Shown: positions 1-13,463, numbered from the stretch's first letter. The stretch is DNA of 64,000 nt from Phaeosaccion multiseriatum (GCA_965112735.1 OZ218956.1:930001-994000), one strand, 5' to 3'. Notes: generated by a model from the letters alone, not told the origin. Numbers and translations: made by a program.

Positions 1-1148
1 TGTTCTTACCCACTCCTGTAATACACTCCCGTCTTCGTTCAGTCGAGCATGCTGCAACGGTTCTCGCCGGAAGTGGCGGCGCTCTTCGACTTAATTCTAT
101 TCAGGTTTGGGAGAGGGGGGCGGGGATGGGTTTCCTATCCTAGAGGCCAGTCCTAAACCCTGTACGCGAAACAATCAACACAGGTTCAGCGTCGCACGAA
201 GCCGTCCCACGCCTGGTATGCGGCTGCAAAATCTCGCTTTCAGAGACGAGAGAGTAGCCAAGGCGGGAGAGGAAAGGGGTGCGGGACCGAGCAGGAGGCA
301 GCGACTGCTCTACGGCGTCTTACTTGTCGGTTCGTATCCAGTCTGGTGTGACGAAGCCCATGCTTTGTCCACCACTCCTTTGTCGTAGTCTCTGTTCTTC
401 TGAGCACATGCTTGCGACTCCTCCCCGGGGTACAGGTGTACCGTATGCGTTTACGCGGCTGCGGCGCCACGGACTCCTTCACGGATGGGCAGACGGGGAG
501 CGAAGGATGGCAGGCCAGGAGGAGAATACCAGCTACTACTGGAAGAGGAGATTTTGGCTCTTCCTGGCAAAGCTGGACAAATTCTACCGATTCGCGTACC
601 TCCTCAATCTGCTGCTCTTTTTGCGGCAGGGCAAGTACCCACACCCAGTGCACCGCCTTTTGCAGATGAAGATGGTGTACGATGTGCCAGGTGCCTCTGG
701 AGAAGCATTGCCTGACAGGCTCATCAACTACCATCTGCTCAATCGAAATTTGCTTTGGGAGCACTTTACTAGGACGGCGTTGACTCTATTGCAGCTACCA
801 GTCATGGACTTGGCAAGAGTGAAAAGGGTCGCAGCAAAGTGCAAACGGAACTTTGGAGAACGCTTTTGGGGTGGAGCAGGGGGTGGGGGGCGGAGAAGAG
901 GAGGAGGAGGAGGAGGAGCAGGAGGAGGAGGAGGAGTGGACAGCGACTCAACGATGCTGTTGAGGCAAGAGCCGGGGGCGTGCGTAGAGTGCAGGGCGGC
1001 GCAGGCCACCAATGCGTACGTTACAAGCTGTGGTCACACTTACTGCTACTACTGCCTAAAGGCGGCGTGTCTGGAGGACGAGGCCTACTGCTGCATTGAA
1101 TGCGGAGACAAGTTCAGCAGCTCCATGCGCTGGGACATTCCAAAATGA
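1..1148 (+). CDS. PEX2: Peroxisome biogenesis factor 2 (RING peroxin), 5' end outside window, multi-exon
   Basis: Pex2-type segments TPGMRLQNL, LLNLLLFLRQGKYPHPVHRLLQMKMVY and INYHLLNRNLLWEHFT; C-terminal RING CVEC...CGHTYCYYC...CIEC; stop at 1148. Confidence 0.85.
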
Positions 1149-1176
1149 AGTACTTCTCTGTCTGGCTACGAAAGTC

Positions 1177-2291
1177 TCACGTTTTGGGGGGAAGGCTTGC
1201 GCCCAGCGCTCGAGCTCTCTTGGCGCCCATCTGTGAGATCTCAAGCTTTCGCTCCCAGTCCTTTTTTTCCTGCTGCAGGCTGTAGAGCAATGCTTTTTGC
1301 CGAATGTAGTCGTCCACGTTGGGCATCTTACTGGTGTCCGCCTGCTGCTGACCCAACCTCTTGACCAAGCGCTGCTCCGACGAAATATCAAGTGCCCCCG
1401 TCTTGTTCTCCTCCACGAGTCTGTGCAGCGTTTCCGTTCTCCCCCAAATCTCCTTGTTGAGCCACTCGCTCTTGGCCAGGAACTGGCTGAGCTTCTTCTT
1501 GAGTAGATTGAGAGCCTGCACCGTCTTTCCTGTCATCATTTTCAGCTTGAGCAGCTCGTCGTTGCGCTCCTCGATGCGACTAACGTACTGCTTGTTCTCA
1601 ATCTGGAGCTGGTGGAAGTCAATGTAGTGCAGCGCGTCCCCCATATCGTCCTTCTGTCGCAATTGGGCCTCCACCTTCAACACCTGCAAAGAAACAAGAG
1701 ACCAGATGTGAGAGCGAAGTTCCTGTCGGGAAACGCTGCTGGCGCACTGACCTTGCTCTTCAGGGTGGCGTTCTTCAAGCGAAGATTCTCAGTCATGGCG
1801 TCGTGCTGCCGCAGTTTGTCTTCCATGTAGCGAACCACCTTCTCCGCTATTGTCTTGCCTGTCCGCATGTTTTCTGCACCAACCACGATGTCCCTCTTGA
1901 ACTCATATGCCTCCTTCTTCAGCTCGGCAATACGAATGTCATTCTCTTCCAGCACAGCCCGCAAAGTGTCAATCAGCTTGTCGCTATTCTTCTTCGACTC
2001 CACCAGGTCCCGCTGGCCCACCTCCAGCTCGTGGTTGGCAACCTCCAGCTTCTGCTCAATAGTTAGTGTCACGGGAACCTGCCTTCTCCTCGTTCGGCGC
2101 TGCCTCTGGTCCTGCTCGTCCCCGACCTCTTCCGACGCATTGCGATTGTAGTACGACTCAAAAATGCTGTTGTCCAGCGTCAGGTCGTCCAGCTCCCTTT
2201 CCACATCTTCCAGCTCAGCCAGTAGCTCCTCCTGCTCGGCAAAGTCAAGGCGCTCCTCCTCGTCATCTTCCAAGCCCGTACTCCACGCCAT
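1177..2291 (-). CDS. CCDC113: Coiled-coil domain-containing protein 113 (CFAP263, cilia-associated), 2 exons
   Basis: EAYEFKRDIV, KLRQHDAMTENLRLKN and GDALHYIDFHQLQIENKQY match the DUF4201 CCDC113/CCDC96 family; one intron at ~1684-1750. Confidence 0.8.
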
Positions 2292-2412
2292 TTTTTTTTT
2301 TTCTGGGCCCAGTGTTCATTCAAATGTAACGGCGGACGGTTCCGCGCCCCGCCCCGATCCCTTTACTTTTATTTCTTTTTCTCTTGTTTGCGCCCAGAGT
2401 AAAGAGTAGACC

Positions 2413-3282
2413 ATGGCGTCTGCAAGTAGCGGCGGTCGGGATGGCTCTGGCGCGGGTCCGAGGAACAACAGCCGCGGCAGCAAACGGAGGAGAAACGAGG
2501 ACCCCCTGACGAAGATTGGCCGGCAACTGACGGCCATTCTACGGCACAAGGCCCAAGACCACGGCTTGGTGCTGAGAAGCGATGGCTACGTAGCGGTGGA
2601 TGACCTGCGGCAGCGCGTGCAGGCTTTCCGCGGGATGCCCATCGAGACGATCCAGCAAGTAGTTGCTGCCGATAACAAGGGGCGCTTCGGCCTGAGAGAG
2701 GAGGAACGTGGTGTGTGGTTCATTCGGGCGAATCAGGGGCACTCCATAGCCACCATTGACGAGGCGGCACTCTTCAAGGAGCTGCTGGATCCCGGCGAAG
2801 TGCCCGTCTGCATTCACGGGACCAACAGAAAGGCCTGGGCGACGATACGCCAAAGAGGGCTCAGCAGGATGGGGAGGACGCATATCCACTGTGCAAAGGG
2901 CCTGCTGGGAGAGGACGGGGTCAAGAGCGGCATGAGGGCCTCGTGCAACGTCTTGATATACGTTGACGTGCCCCAAGCCATGGCCGATGGTGTTCGATTC
3001 TTTGAGTCTGACAACGGCGTAGTGCTCACGGCAGGCGTGGGAGAGAGTGGCACGCTGCCGAGCAGGTATTTTGAGCGTGTCGTGGAATGTAGAGAGGGCA
3101 AGATTGGAGAGGTCAGTTTTCGTGGGTCCAAATCAGCTTGGACTCCTCAAGGGGCAGAGGCGGCGGCAGTAGCACCAGCAGCGGCGGCGTCGGCAGCAGC
3201 ACCAGCAGCGGCGGCGGCGGCGGCGTCGGCGGCGGATACCAAGGCAGATGGGTTCGACGGGCTGGCGGGCCCGGATGTTTGA
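2413..3282 (+). CDS. TRPT1: tRNA/RNA 2'-phosphotransferase (Tpt1/KptA)
   Basis: ILRHKA, DNKGRF, IRANQGHS, HGT, GLSRMGRTHIH, SGMR and SDNGVVLT motifs; single exon. Confidence 0.95.
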   Translation: MASASSGGRDGSGAGPRNNSRGSKRRRNEDPLTKIGRQLTAILRHKAQDHGLVLRSDGYVAVDDLRQRVQAFRGMPIETIQQVVAADNKGRFGLREEERGVWFIRANQGHSIATIDEAALFKELLDPGEVPVCIHGTNRKAWATIRQRGLSRMGRTHIHCAKGLLGEDGVKSGMRASCNVLIYVDVPQAMADGVRFFESDNGVVLTAGVGESGTLPSRYFERVVECREGKIGEVSFRGSKSAWTPQGAEAAAVAPAAAASAAAPAAAAAAASAADTKADGFDGLAGPDV

Positions 3283-3374
3283 TACTAACGCTGGGAGAGA
3301 AGACTTTCCTTTGGTTTTGTGCTTCGCACGCACAGCGTAGGTGTAAGAAAAATGTCAATCACCGCGAAGCTGTA

Positions 3375-5561
3375 TCAAATGGAGAAAACGTCCCCGACTC
3401 CATCGGCCTCCTCTCGCGCAACTGCCTTTGCGACGACAAGGTGCTGGACTACTCGTTCAAGCGCAGAGATTTTGGTGTCAGCGCTGCGCAGGCCCCCACC
3501 GCGTTCTCCCAAGCGGCCTGCTTGATGTCGCCTCTTGTGCTTTGCCCGCCGGGCGCGCGTACAATTGGCTCCCGCTGCAGCCCTCTTATAGCTTCTGCTG
3601 CTTCTGCTTCTGCTTCTACTGCAGCTGTGGCCTTTGCCAGGCGTAGCATCCTTGGCTGCCACAAAATCCAGAATTGCAGCGTTCACCTGGTTCGCAAGGT
3701 CGTGTCTTCGCGCACAGCTCATCAAATTCTGCTCTATGGTGGATGGGGTCAAATTTTGCGCCAGCAATCCCATCAACTCCGTTAGCTCCTCCGTCCACAA
3801 GTCCACAGTGGTCGTGCTTGTTGCCCTCGTCATCAAGACTTGCTCCCCGAAAACGCTCTTTAAGGGTGACGAGCAGCCACCGGCAGCTACTGCTGCTGTA
3901 GCGGCCGCAGCAGCCAGAGCGGGAGCAAAGGCAGATTTCTCTTCGTCGCCTGGTGAACGACGACGCCGGCGTTTGCTACTGCTGCTGCTCAGTCCAATGT
4001 CTACTCGTGGAGGGGTGCGGTATTCTGTGCCAAAGCAGGCGCTTGCTCCGCGGCTACTGCACTGGGGCCACAACTCTTGCCGTGCGATGGCCACCGCCTG
4101 TGTTGAGTCTCCCTTCTTCAAGGCTTCCACAAGTTTCTGGGAGGTGAGCAAGAACCTCAATCGCTCCCCCCTCCTCTTCTCCAGCAGCCCGGGGCAAATG
4201 CCATCAATCATTTTCATCGCCTCGGCAATCTCGCCGCTAGCAATTTTGGATCGGATGGATGCCCTCGCCTGCAGCGTACTCGTCAAAGAGTCCTTCTCTG
4301 AACCCTTTGCTATGAGTCCGCGGACACAGACGGCAGAGACTTGTGCTGGCTCCCTTGAGGGCGCTGGGCGTATGCAGTCCTCCCCAAAATGAGCGTTTTC
4401 GTCCCCCCCCCCCCCTTCCTCCTCCTCCTCCTCCTCCTCCTCCTCCTCCTCCTCCTCCTCATCGTCTTCCTCCTCCTCGTCTGCTTCTTCCAAACCCCCT
4501 TCCTCATCCTCGTTCGCATCCAAGGCGACCACTTTGGGGGCACTTTGGAGACCCACACTCAACTCCTGACTAGTGCTATTTTCTGCAAAGCTCTGCAAAG
4601 TCTCGGCGTACCCCTGCAGAAGAGAGAGACGAGAAGAGAGAGTGAGAGAAAGACAAAAAAGAGGAGGGACTGTGGATGGGTGTGTATAGTCGCGGCTGGG
4701 CAAGCGCGGTGGTGAAGGCGTTCGCCAACGCGACTTAGGAGAAGCTACACTAAGTGAGGAGAAACTCTTGCTTCGCGCCCTCCAATCTCCCTTCTGTCAT
4801 GTGCTCACCTGCCGGAGAAGGTAATCGCGCACAAGCTCCTGCACAGTGCTGCTGTCTATCGCGATTTGCTGCAGCGTCGCCTGTAGCTCCGTATCCTCGT
4901 CGCGGAGCATGGCCTCCAGGTTGAAGACAAGGGGCGCGTGCCCGAAATTGATGGACACTTTTTCTCCGCGCGTGTGGAGACCAATCACGGGGAACAGAGG
5001 TCCCTTTAAATGCCACAGAGCGCCTCCGAGGAACGCTCCATTCCGCGTGAAGAAGAGCTCTTGCCGACCAAAGTGCATGCCACAGCCAATCGTGTCCCCC
5101 GTCGAGAAGGCCGGACCGTAGTCTCTTCCTCTGCCGCGCGCATCCCGAGTTTCCGCTCCCGCTCTGCTACTCCCTTGGCCACAACTAAACACCCTCCCAT
5201 CAGCCCCATAGTACCCGGCCGCGTCCGCAACTGTTCCCGGCTGACGGTTCAAGGGAGCATCCTCCGAGGCCAGCCCGACTACAATGCTGTTGCCCTCCTC
5301 CCCAGTGCGCAGAATCTCAACCTCAAAATAGAAACAGCGAGACGTCTTTGGCAGGGACTCATTACCGCGCACTACCCCCCAGTCCAGCGCATGCAGCGCC
5401 TTTCCAACGTATTCTGCCGAATGCTTGTCGTGGCTAACCACCACGGAGAAGGGAAGGCAGGTGGTGTCAATTGCCGAGGGCAGCCGCTCCGCCTCTCTTG
5501 AAGGAGAAAACGCAGTAGTAGCAGCAGCAGCTGCTGACCTCTGAGGGAGAACCGGTCTCAT
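3375..5561 (-). CDS. RanBPM/RANBP9-10-like SPRY-LisH-CTLH-CRA protein
   Basis: SPRY (FYFEVEI, YGPAFSTGDTIGCG, FFTRNG); LisH (LVRDYLLRQ|GYAETLQSF); CTLH (IRSKIASGEIAEA...LRFLLTSQKLVE); CRA (RRHDLANQVNAAIL); intron at ~4616-4808. Confidence 0.88.
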
Positions 5562-5674
5562 ACCGCGCACTTGTTTTCTTTTCTTTTTTCACTCACCCAG
5601 CCCAACAAGCTCCTCTACACGCGTTGGTGCGTCACCTGTCTGGCTCACAGATGGCTTGCTCAAGCCCAAATATA

Positions 5675-6255
5675 ATGGCTGCTCCGGCAGGTGGCGCTCA
5701 CTTCAGCAAGAGGGTTCTACATGTCTATAGACAGCTGTTGCACGTGGCGAAGAGGTCAGGTGCGATCGAGGAGGAGCTGCGAGTGCGGCAAGGATTTCGG
5801 GAGTATGCCAGCGCGACAGACGTGGACACGATAGGTGAGAGAGTGCATTCATCATCAAAATATGCCTACTCTTCCTACTCACGCCCCTCTTCTCTAGCAG
5901 AGAAAGCTGTCCAGCGAGCGGAGTCGCGGCTGGGCTACCTGAGGATGGTTTCACCCCATCTTCTTCGGAGAGACGGCTACGCTCAAAGAGGCGCCACAAC
6001 AACGGTGTATCGAAAAGGGGAGGCGTTGGAGGGCGCGGAAGCGAACAAGAGGGTGCGTGCGTTCTAGGAAACCCCTTCCATTGCCCCCTCTTAACCAGTC
6101 TCCCTCCTCTCTTGTCGTGCCAACAGAGTCGGGCGCGTCACTCAAACTGGACCGGCTCTAATCTTGATCCTGACTCGGTCGCGCGCCACAACGCGATGCT
6201 GAAGAAAGCTAGATTTAGGAATAACGCCCACGCAATCGGTCCCCAGGGCTTCTGA
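5675..6255 (+). CDS. LYR-motif (Complex1_LYR) family small mitochondrial protein, ~3 exons
   Basis: VLHVYRQLLHVAK...VRQGFREY LYR pattern; last exon SNWTGSNLDPDSVARHNAMLKK...PQGF*. Confidence 0.6.
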
Positions 6256-6346
6256 CAAGAGAAGAGGATGACTCCGCTACTAGAGAAGGCAAAGGATGGG
6301 GCCATAATTTTGAGAATGTACAAACTACCAAAGTGTGAAGTCTCTG

Positions 6347-7850
6347 CTACCGGTTTGCGAAGAAGAATTCTTCAGCGTCTACGCTGTCGAACTCCTCCTT
6401 CACAATCGGCGCCGCCCCCTGGAGTTTTAGCTTCAAATTGTAGCGGTGCCAGTCCCCTTTGAAGTGCTCGCGGTGCTGCTCCACGGTATTAAACACCGCT
6501 CGGCAGGTACAGCACTTCTTCTTGTTGCCGGCGTCAACTGCTGGCTCTTCACCTCTCCCTTCTGCGCCTTCTGCGCCCTCCCTGACCTTGTGCTCTCTCC
6601 CCTTTTCTCTGCTCGCTTGCTGCTGGCGCCGCTCTTCGCGCTCCGCTGCCTCCTCCTTCTCCCGTCTCTTGGCCTTCTTTCCCTTCTTCCCCTCCTTGCC
6701 GCTGCTGCTACCTCCTTTCGGATTCTCCGGAGGTGGACCATGTATGGCTTTTGGCCTGCCTGAGCTTCCTTCCGGCGAAAGCTTTCCCTCCTTCGGGCCC
6801 AGAGCTGAGTTGTCTTTTCTCCGTGCCATCTCAACGTCCATATCAGCCTCCCCCTCCTCCTGGACGCTCAAATCAACAATCTCCAGAGAGGCTCGGCACC
6901 CTGTCACTGCCGAGGATGAAGTGATACACTGCTCCACCTCTCGATACAGGTGCGGCTGCACCACTAGTTCCGCCACCCACTCTTGTGCAGCGTGTTGCGT
7001 CTCCTTCCCCGAAGTGGGAGGCAAAGAGCCAGCTCCTGGGACAATCTCCACGCCGAGTTGCTGCAAGTCGGCCTGCAGCGAGCTGGCCACTGCAGGGGGG
7101 TTTGTGAGTAAAGGATTTTCTGACATCTCTTACCCTTTTTCCGAGCACTCACCCTGTGCATCGGCCGTGACCCTGAGCTTCATCTTCGCCCGCTCTATCG
7201 GCATGACCTCCTGCAGCTGCTTAATGGCATCCAAAGCCTGCTGCTTGGCTCCTCGAGTCGGGTTCACGGAGAAACCGATGCCCTTCAACGAGCTCTGGAT
7301 CATCGCCACCGTGTAGGGCCTGAAAAATATCGGGGAACCTCTCACGCTTAGTTTGGGACTTTCTCCTCCAGCGGGACCAACACACACCTATTTGACGCCG
7401 GGTTGACACACTTTTCGCAGATTGTCGTGGCCACGTCCCGGAACAAACCATCGTAGTGCGCCGCTCGCTCCTTGTCAGACACTTGCATCTCGCCCTTGTC
7501 CAGAATGACCTTGCACACATCCGCCAGGTTGGACGTGCCAAAGGCCTTCTGCAGCTCCTTGCTCTTGGCCAGCACCCCCTTGGACACATTGGTGAACACA
7601 TTGTCGATCTGAAGCACCTCATCGATATCAGTCTCCACTTTGTTCCGCCAGTTTACCACCTGCCAGCGACGTGTCGGAGCGTCAAACACCCTCCGGACAC
7701 CCAGCCTCCCGGTCTCCCCTCCCACCCCTCCCCCCCTACCTTGTTTCTGTAGCATGCTACCTCGAAGCGCTTCCCCCCCTTACTGAGTCTCACCACGGCC
7801 ACATTGGTGAGCCTCACCTGCGTCGAGGGCAGAAACACCCCCCTACTCAT
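6347..7850 (-). CDS. SBDS: Ribosome maturation protein SBDS/Sdo1 with C-terminal C2H2-type zinc finger
   Basis: [48 protein letters not shown] and [10 protein letters not shown]; C-terminal CCTC...[17 protein letters not shown]. Confidence 0.95.
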
Positions 7851-8015
7851 CTGCTGTCTCTCGGGTGTACTAAGTTTGTGGAAGGGGATCGGAAGGGGTG
7901 GTGTCATGTGAGTGTCCTTGGGTCCGAGGAACCCAAGAAGAACTCCTTTCCTCCACACCTTCCCCGTGCGCCGTTCGTCTATAGCCAAATTCACGCCCAG
8001 ACGAAGGATGAACAA

Positions 8016-8437
8016 ATGCTATTTTGCCCAACATGCGGCAATCTATTGATGATTGAGCCAGGCCCGACGGGGGGTATGCGCTTCTGCTGCCAGACGTGCC
8101 CTTACGTGCAACCCCTGGGCCCGCAGGGTAAGGTGTCCAAGAAGGTGAGCGATGAAGCGACGAAGGAATGCGCCAACCTTTACCTGAAGCCACAAGTGAT
8201 TTCCCTGCTCTTGCTCCCATCTGTGGGGAATCCTAGGTACCGGTGCTTAAGAGTAAGGAGGTGGACGATATCCTGGGAGGAGATTCTGCGTGGGAGAATG
8301 TGGACAGGACGGAGGCCCGCTGCCCTCACTGCGGCGGCAACGAAGCGTACTTCTTCATGGCGCAACTGCGCAGCGCCGACGAACCCATGACAACATTCTA
8401 CCGATGTACAAAGTGCAGGCAGCGCTGGAATGAATGA
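8016..8437 (+). CDS. POLR3K: RNA polymerase III subunit C11 (RPC10/RPC11), 2 exons
   Basis: [24 protein letters not shown] and [18 protein letters not shown]...W; intron at ~8145-8237. Confidence 0.95.
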
Positions 8438-8922
8438 ATTGATGCACCCTGGCTTGGAACATCCGGTCGAAGCGCGTCCTACTATACTCGCGCAACCAGC
8501 CGATGAGAGGGCAACCCAGAGAAAGCCCGTCTCCGACAGGCTAAGCTCAGCCCGCTTACAGCGGAGGCGGCCCACGCCTCGTTACCTTTTGCGTATGTTC
8601 GAGTACATGTCGGCCGGCCTCGCGCGAACGTATGAGAGACGCCAGATTGCTTGGGCTATGGAGGATGACCCACCCACCCCGATTTCCGTTTGGTAGCTAC
8701 TGACATGGCCTGCAAAAAGCAGCTATTTTGTATTAACAGGAGGGCTGCAGCGGCCATTCGATTTGTTACTACGAGACCTGGGTCTCGGGGCGCGCACACG
8801 CGCGTGGCAAATGGTGGATGGCCCATTTGCTCCCAGCCAGGGTTCAAAAGTAAGACACTATTATGGGTGAGAGAGGGGGAGCAGATCAGTGGTGCGCTTC
8901 TTAAACCCGAATGCTATGGAAC

Positions 8923-10712
8923 TTAGAACTTCTCTCGGGAGTTGGGTGGTGACCAGGTATCAAAAGGCCAACCCTGACACAGTGTCAGGCCTCGCTGTAC
9001 GTTGTCATGTAGCGCGCGGATCGACGCTGGTGTGAGGTCGGTCAGGGACACCGCAAAGTCCACACAGCCACCGTTCTTTGCGTTGACAAAGTGATGCAAG
9101 TGCATGGGCTTGACCCCAATCGCATCCATCCACACGGCCACCGACACGTCCTCAAGGGTTCCTACACCACGCAGCTCGCCTGTGCATACATACACCCAAA
9201 ATCGAGGCCGACTGAGAAAATGATTTATGTGATCGGGGGCGGGAACATGGAAGGATAGAACTAACCGTAGTTGGATGCAATGTAGCTAACGCAGTCTGGC
9301 GAGAGCAGGTAGTGTGGGCCAATGGCGAAGGGAGGGAGGTTCCGGGCAGGCCACTCCTCTATGGGAAGGTAGTTCTTGGCTCGAGGATCTCGCTGCGGTC
9401 GGATGGGGTGACCAACCTGCTCCTCCCACACCTGACACCGAGACGTGGAACCCTTTGTAAGTCAAACGCCTTTTGCCTTGCATGGAAAAACAATATGAGC
9501 ACCGTGACGGACTTACTTGCCCCGCGTAAAAGCGCTCGCGCGGGGCGCTCTGCAGCAACGCCTCAAGTAGCTCCGGCAAGCGAACGTATGTATCATCGTC
9601 CAATATCATCAGAAAGGGGCGCTGTGGAGCGCTGGTGTCCGAAAAGTACTTGTCCGCAGCGAACTTTAAGAACGTCTTGGTCTTGCTCACAAGGCGCAAG
9701 TATGAGTCTGGGACCGGCGGCAGCAAACCGGTCTCGCTCGTCAGCACATCCCCAAACACCCTCCTCTCGAGAGCCAGAGCAGCCTGCACGTCTTCGGGGA
9801 GGAGCGCAGACTCGGTCTCACCCACAATGAACCAAGCATGAACCTGGTGGTCCCTCAAGGCACTGTCTCCAGAGGAAGAGTCCTTGCACAGGCCACCAGG
9901 CGAGAAGGATGACATCCATGTCTCGCGCAGAGCCTGTCGTTGTACAAAATGACCTGCTGCTGACTTGATTCCCACTACTAGCCGTGGATCCAGACACTCT
10001 GTTTTCATGACTTCTTCTTGACGTACAGCAGCAGAAGCCTTCACAAGCCGGTACCACTCAAGGAGCGCCTCCCAGGGATAGTGTGCGGTACCTCTTTCCT
10101 CAGCAAGCTATTCATTTTGGATACGGGGGGAGTACGCTTGGAATCAGCAGCGTGTAAAAAGTTTGATTAGGGAATAGGAACCGGAATCTCACATTACCTC
10201 AGTATCCGAGACGACTCGAAATTGAGTGTATGCCTCTTTGCCCAAGAGGCTCTGGTCTTGCCCCCTTAGCCAGGCTTTGAGCGTGAATGCTCCTGCAGGT
10301 GCTCCCGTCACACGAGCATCCGACGCGAAGAGGTCCACACAGGTAGCTCCTAGCCATGTCGTGCCCCTCCCCGACAGAACCTCCTCGAGGTCCGCGGGGT
10401 CCGGAGTCGAGAATAGTTCGAAGCACAGCTCCGTTGACTCTCCCTTCTCCTGGTCCAGCGTGAGCGCAAGGGGGTGAGCACGCCTCGAACTCCAGTCCAG
10501 CAAAACCAAAGTTTACTCACCGCGATGAAGGACGGGCTGTGGTCGACGATGAGGGCGAAGGAGGGTTCAAAGTCTGGAGGAACTCGCTCCTTGAGTGAAG
10601 GATACTTTATTACGAGCTCAACGAGACCCTCCTCTGCAACGACGCCAGCCGGCAGCCATCCCCATAAGACCAAGGCGCATGAAAGGGATGCCGCCCTGCG
10701 GGTCAGCTGCAT
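8923..10712 (-). CDS. GT31 family beta-1,3-galactosyltransferase-like protein with signal peptide and N-terminal extension, multi-exon
   Basis: LVVGIKSAAGHFVQRQALRETW, DSYLRLVSKT, DDDTYVRL (DxD), PPFAIGPHY and LEDVSVAVW motifs. Confidence 0.82.
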
Positions 10713-10893
10713 AAAGGTGGCACAACTGGCAAAGCCATGAAAAGAAGCAGGTGAGATGGAGGAAAATGGAAAATGGTGCTCACGATAGAATCGTATACCA
10801 TTTGTGAGTCGCTAAAGCGTTCGCCAGCCAGCCAGCCAGAAAGACTTATACAGCCTCCACCCAGCGCGCAGTGCAGCTGGCTTATATACGAAG

Positions 10894-12761
10894 ATGCCCG
10901 AGAACGGCAGTAGTAGGCCGGTGCCTTGGGACGGGGAGGATGAGCTAAGTAAGGCCCTAAAAAGTCTGTCGTCTTCTCGGCAGATTTCGGCACACAAGGT
11001 GAAGGATATTGCCAAGCTCTGCTTGAAGAACGTCAAGGTGCGTGTAGGCTCGCGATTTGCCTCCTAGGAATGCTATGCTTTCAACTCAGCATTCGCTTGA
11101 TCTCCGGTCCTCTCTTTCATGATTGCACGAGAAGGAGTACAAACGAGTCGTGCACGCTGTAGAGCGCTCCGTTCGGAAGAGCCGCCCTGAGTATCGAGTT
11201 GGAGGTACGTGCATTGAGAGATAGGGACTAGGAAGTTGACCTCTGGGTGCTGAAGCTGAAAGATCTCGCTTCTTGTCCAGGCTGCTACGTCATCGACTCC
11301 ATCTGCAGACAAAGCCAGGCTCGCCATGGCGACAAAGACCCTTTCACCCCACGGTTCGCGCAGCGAATGGCATCGGAGACGGTTGCACTCTTTCGTGAAG
11401 TGAAGGGCAAAGACCGGCAGAGCATCAGCCGAATTGTCAGGGGGTGGAATAACTTGAACATGTTTGGGTATTTGGAAGGGTTCGAGGAGGATGGGCACCA
11501 CGCCGAGAGCGGTCTTGAAAGTCCTGTTCTGGCCCCTTTTATTCAAGACCGAGACTCGGCGGGAGTTGAGGATTTTGCACTTGCCACGGAGACAACGCCA
11601 GCACCAGCACCAGCAGCAACACCAGCAGTAGTACCAGTAGCACCAGTGGAAGCCAAGGACACAGCAGGGAAGCCGAGTGAGAATGTGTCAAACTGGATGA
11701 GTATTTTGAGTCACGTACAGACTCCACAGCAGGTGCCTGCGCCTCCAGAACAATTAAGCACGCAGCAGGAGAAGCCGGACGCCCATGGTCACTCGGCCCA
11801 GGCCCGTCCCAATGGTCCGGCAGGACCTTCGGCCTGGCCACCAGCGAATCAGCAGTCGCCCCCCTTTGCCAGCGCCTCATCTTGGCAAGCCCAGCAGCAG
11901 CACCAGCAGCACCAGTTCCCCCTGAATGGTGGTGCACAACAACAGCAACAGCAGCCACCAACCTTTGGAAGGTCCGGGAACGAGTGTGGTCACGAGGCGC
12001 GAGAGCTTCCGGCAGCCCAGCAGGATAAGGGGAAGCCAGCCCGCGACTCCAGCAGCAGCTTTTCTGCCGCTCCAGAGACAAAGAAGCGCAGGCGGACAAC
12101 CAGGTGGGCACCTGCAGTGGACAAAGGCGAAACATTACCCACCCCCACCTTCCAGCAACAGCAACAGCATCAGCAACAACAACACCTCCCCACAGCTCCG
12201 AATGGCACAGCAGCGAGCCCCCCGCCACGGCTGCTACAGCAGCAGCAAGACAGTCGCGCTGCTCCTCCACCCCCACCCCCTCCCCCCCTTATTCCTGTAG
12301 GAGCGCAGAGTCAAGGAGCATTCCCGGCACCACGGCAGTATGATCCCATGATGACGGCGGGAGCGGGGGCGGGAAGGGGGAACTGGCCGCCTCGGCCTCC
12401 ATGGGGCTGGCAAGCTCCTCCTCCTCCTCCCCATCCGCATGCATGGCCAAGAGGCGTAGATCCCCCCCCCCCGCCTGTGCCTCCACCAGGACCTTGGCAG
12501 AGCGGGGCTCAGCTTCCTCCACCGCCCCTCCCTCCGAACGGTCTGGGACCTGTGCCAGCCGCGCCCCCCACCGCACCAGTAGCACCAGCAAGCACCGCGG
12601 AAGACCAACCAGCAGCCCCGAAAGCAGAAAGCAAATCGAATAGTGGTAGTACGAAGTTAATCATGACCAAGATCACTGACGAGGACTGGTCCGACGGGTC
12701 TATCGAGCCGGAGGAGGAGGAGGAGGGGGCAGGAGATGATCTCTACGGCGGGTTAGGATAA
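10894..12761 (+). CDS. CID (RNA Pol II CTD-interacting domain) protein with Pro/Gln-rich tail (SCAF4/8-Nrd1-like N-terminus)
   Basis: Spliced N-terminus ISAHKVKDIAKLCLKNVK|EYKRVVHAVE...|GCYVIDSICRQ...FTPRF...RIVRGW; low-complexity tail. Confidence 0.72.
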
Positions 12762-12836
12762 GAAAATATTTGGGTGGGGTTGGAAAAGTCAATGAATTTC
12801 TTTTTTTCCTTCCCCCTCCTTCCTCCTCCCTTGTAC

Positions 12837-13463
12837 ATGGCTCTCACAATGCTTCGGCTTTTTGGTTTCCTTCTGCTGTTAGGAGCCTGTGAGTGCTTCC
12901 TTCAGCAGCCGCTGGGGGTGGCGAGGGGGTACAGTTTGCAAAAGCAGCGATGCAGCAAAAAATTAAACGTGAAGCATCATCACCACCACCAGCGCAGGAG
13001 AGAGTGGCAGAGAAGTGGGCCTAGCTTATGCCTCGTGGAAGATGACTCAGCTGATGGGGGGCAGGCGGCGACACCACAGGACCTCGGCTTCACATCAACA
13101 TCTTACGGAGGAGCCCCAGTAGCGGCTGACTTCCCCATTAACTTGCCTGCATATCTGCTGCTCGTGCTGTCAGTTGTAGTGTGCATAGCGTTCGTCGGGA
13201 GTATTTTTGAGGTGACTGGGCCGGATCCTGTGGTGAGTAAGACGCAGGCCCGCATGTACGCCCCTTGCCTGTACTAAACGTTCTTCCCCCCTTGCTCTTT
13301 CTCCCTACCCCCTCTGCTGTTTGGGTCAAAGCTGGGCTATATCCCCACAACAATTATCGGCACGTTGAGCTTGCCTGGATTTATATTCCTCTTCTACGCC
13401 TCCTTGAAGAAAGGACAGGCCGAGGCAGATGAGGACGATGAGAAATTCGCCGGGGGAGGTTGA
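12837..13463 (+). CDS. Small plastid-targeted protein with two transmembrane helices, 2 exons
   Basis: Signal peptide ending ...GACEC-F plus transit-like region; TM segments LLLVLSVVVCIAFVGSIFEV and IIGTLSLPGFIFLFYASL; intron at ~13233-13331. Confidence 0.6.
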
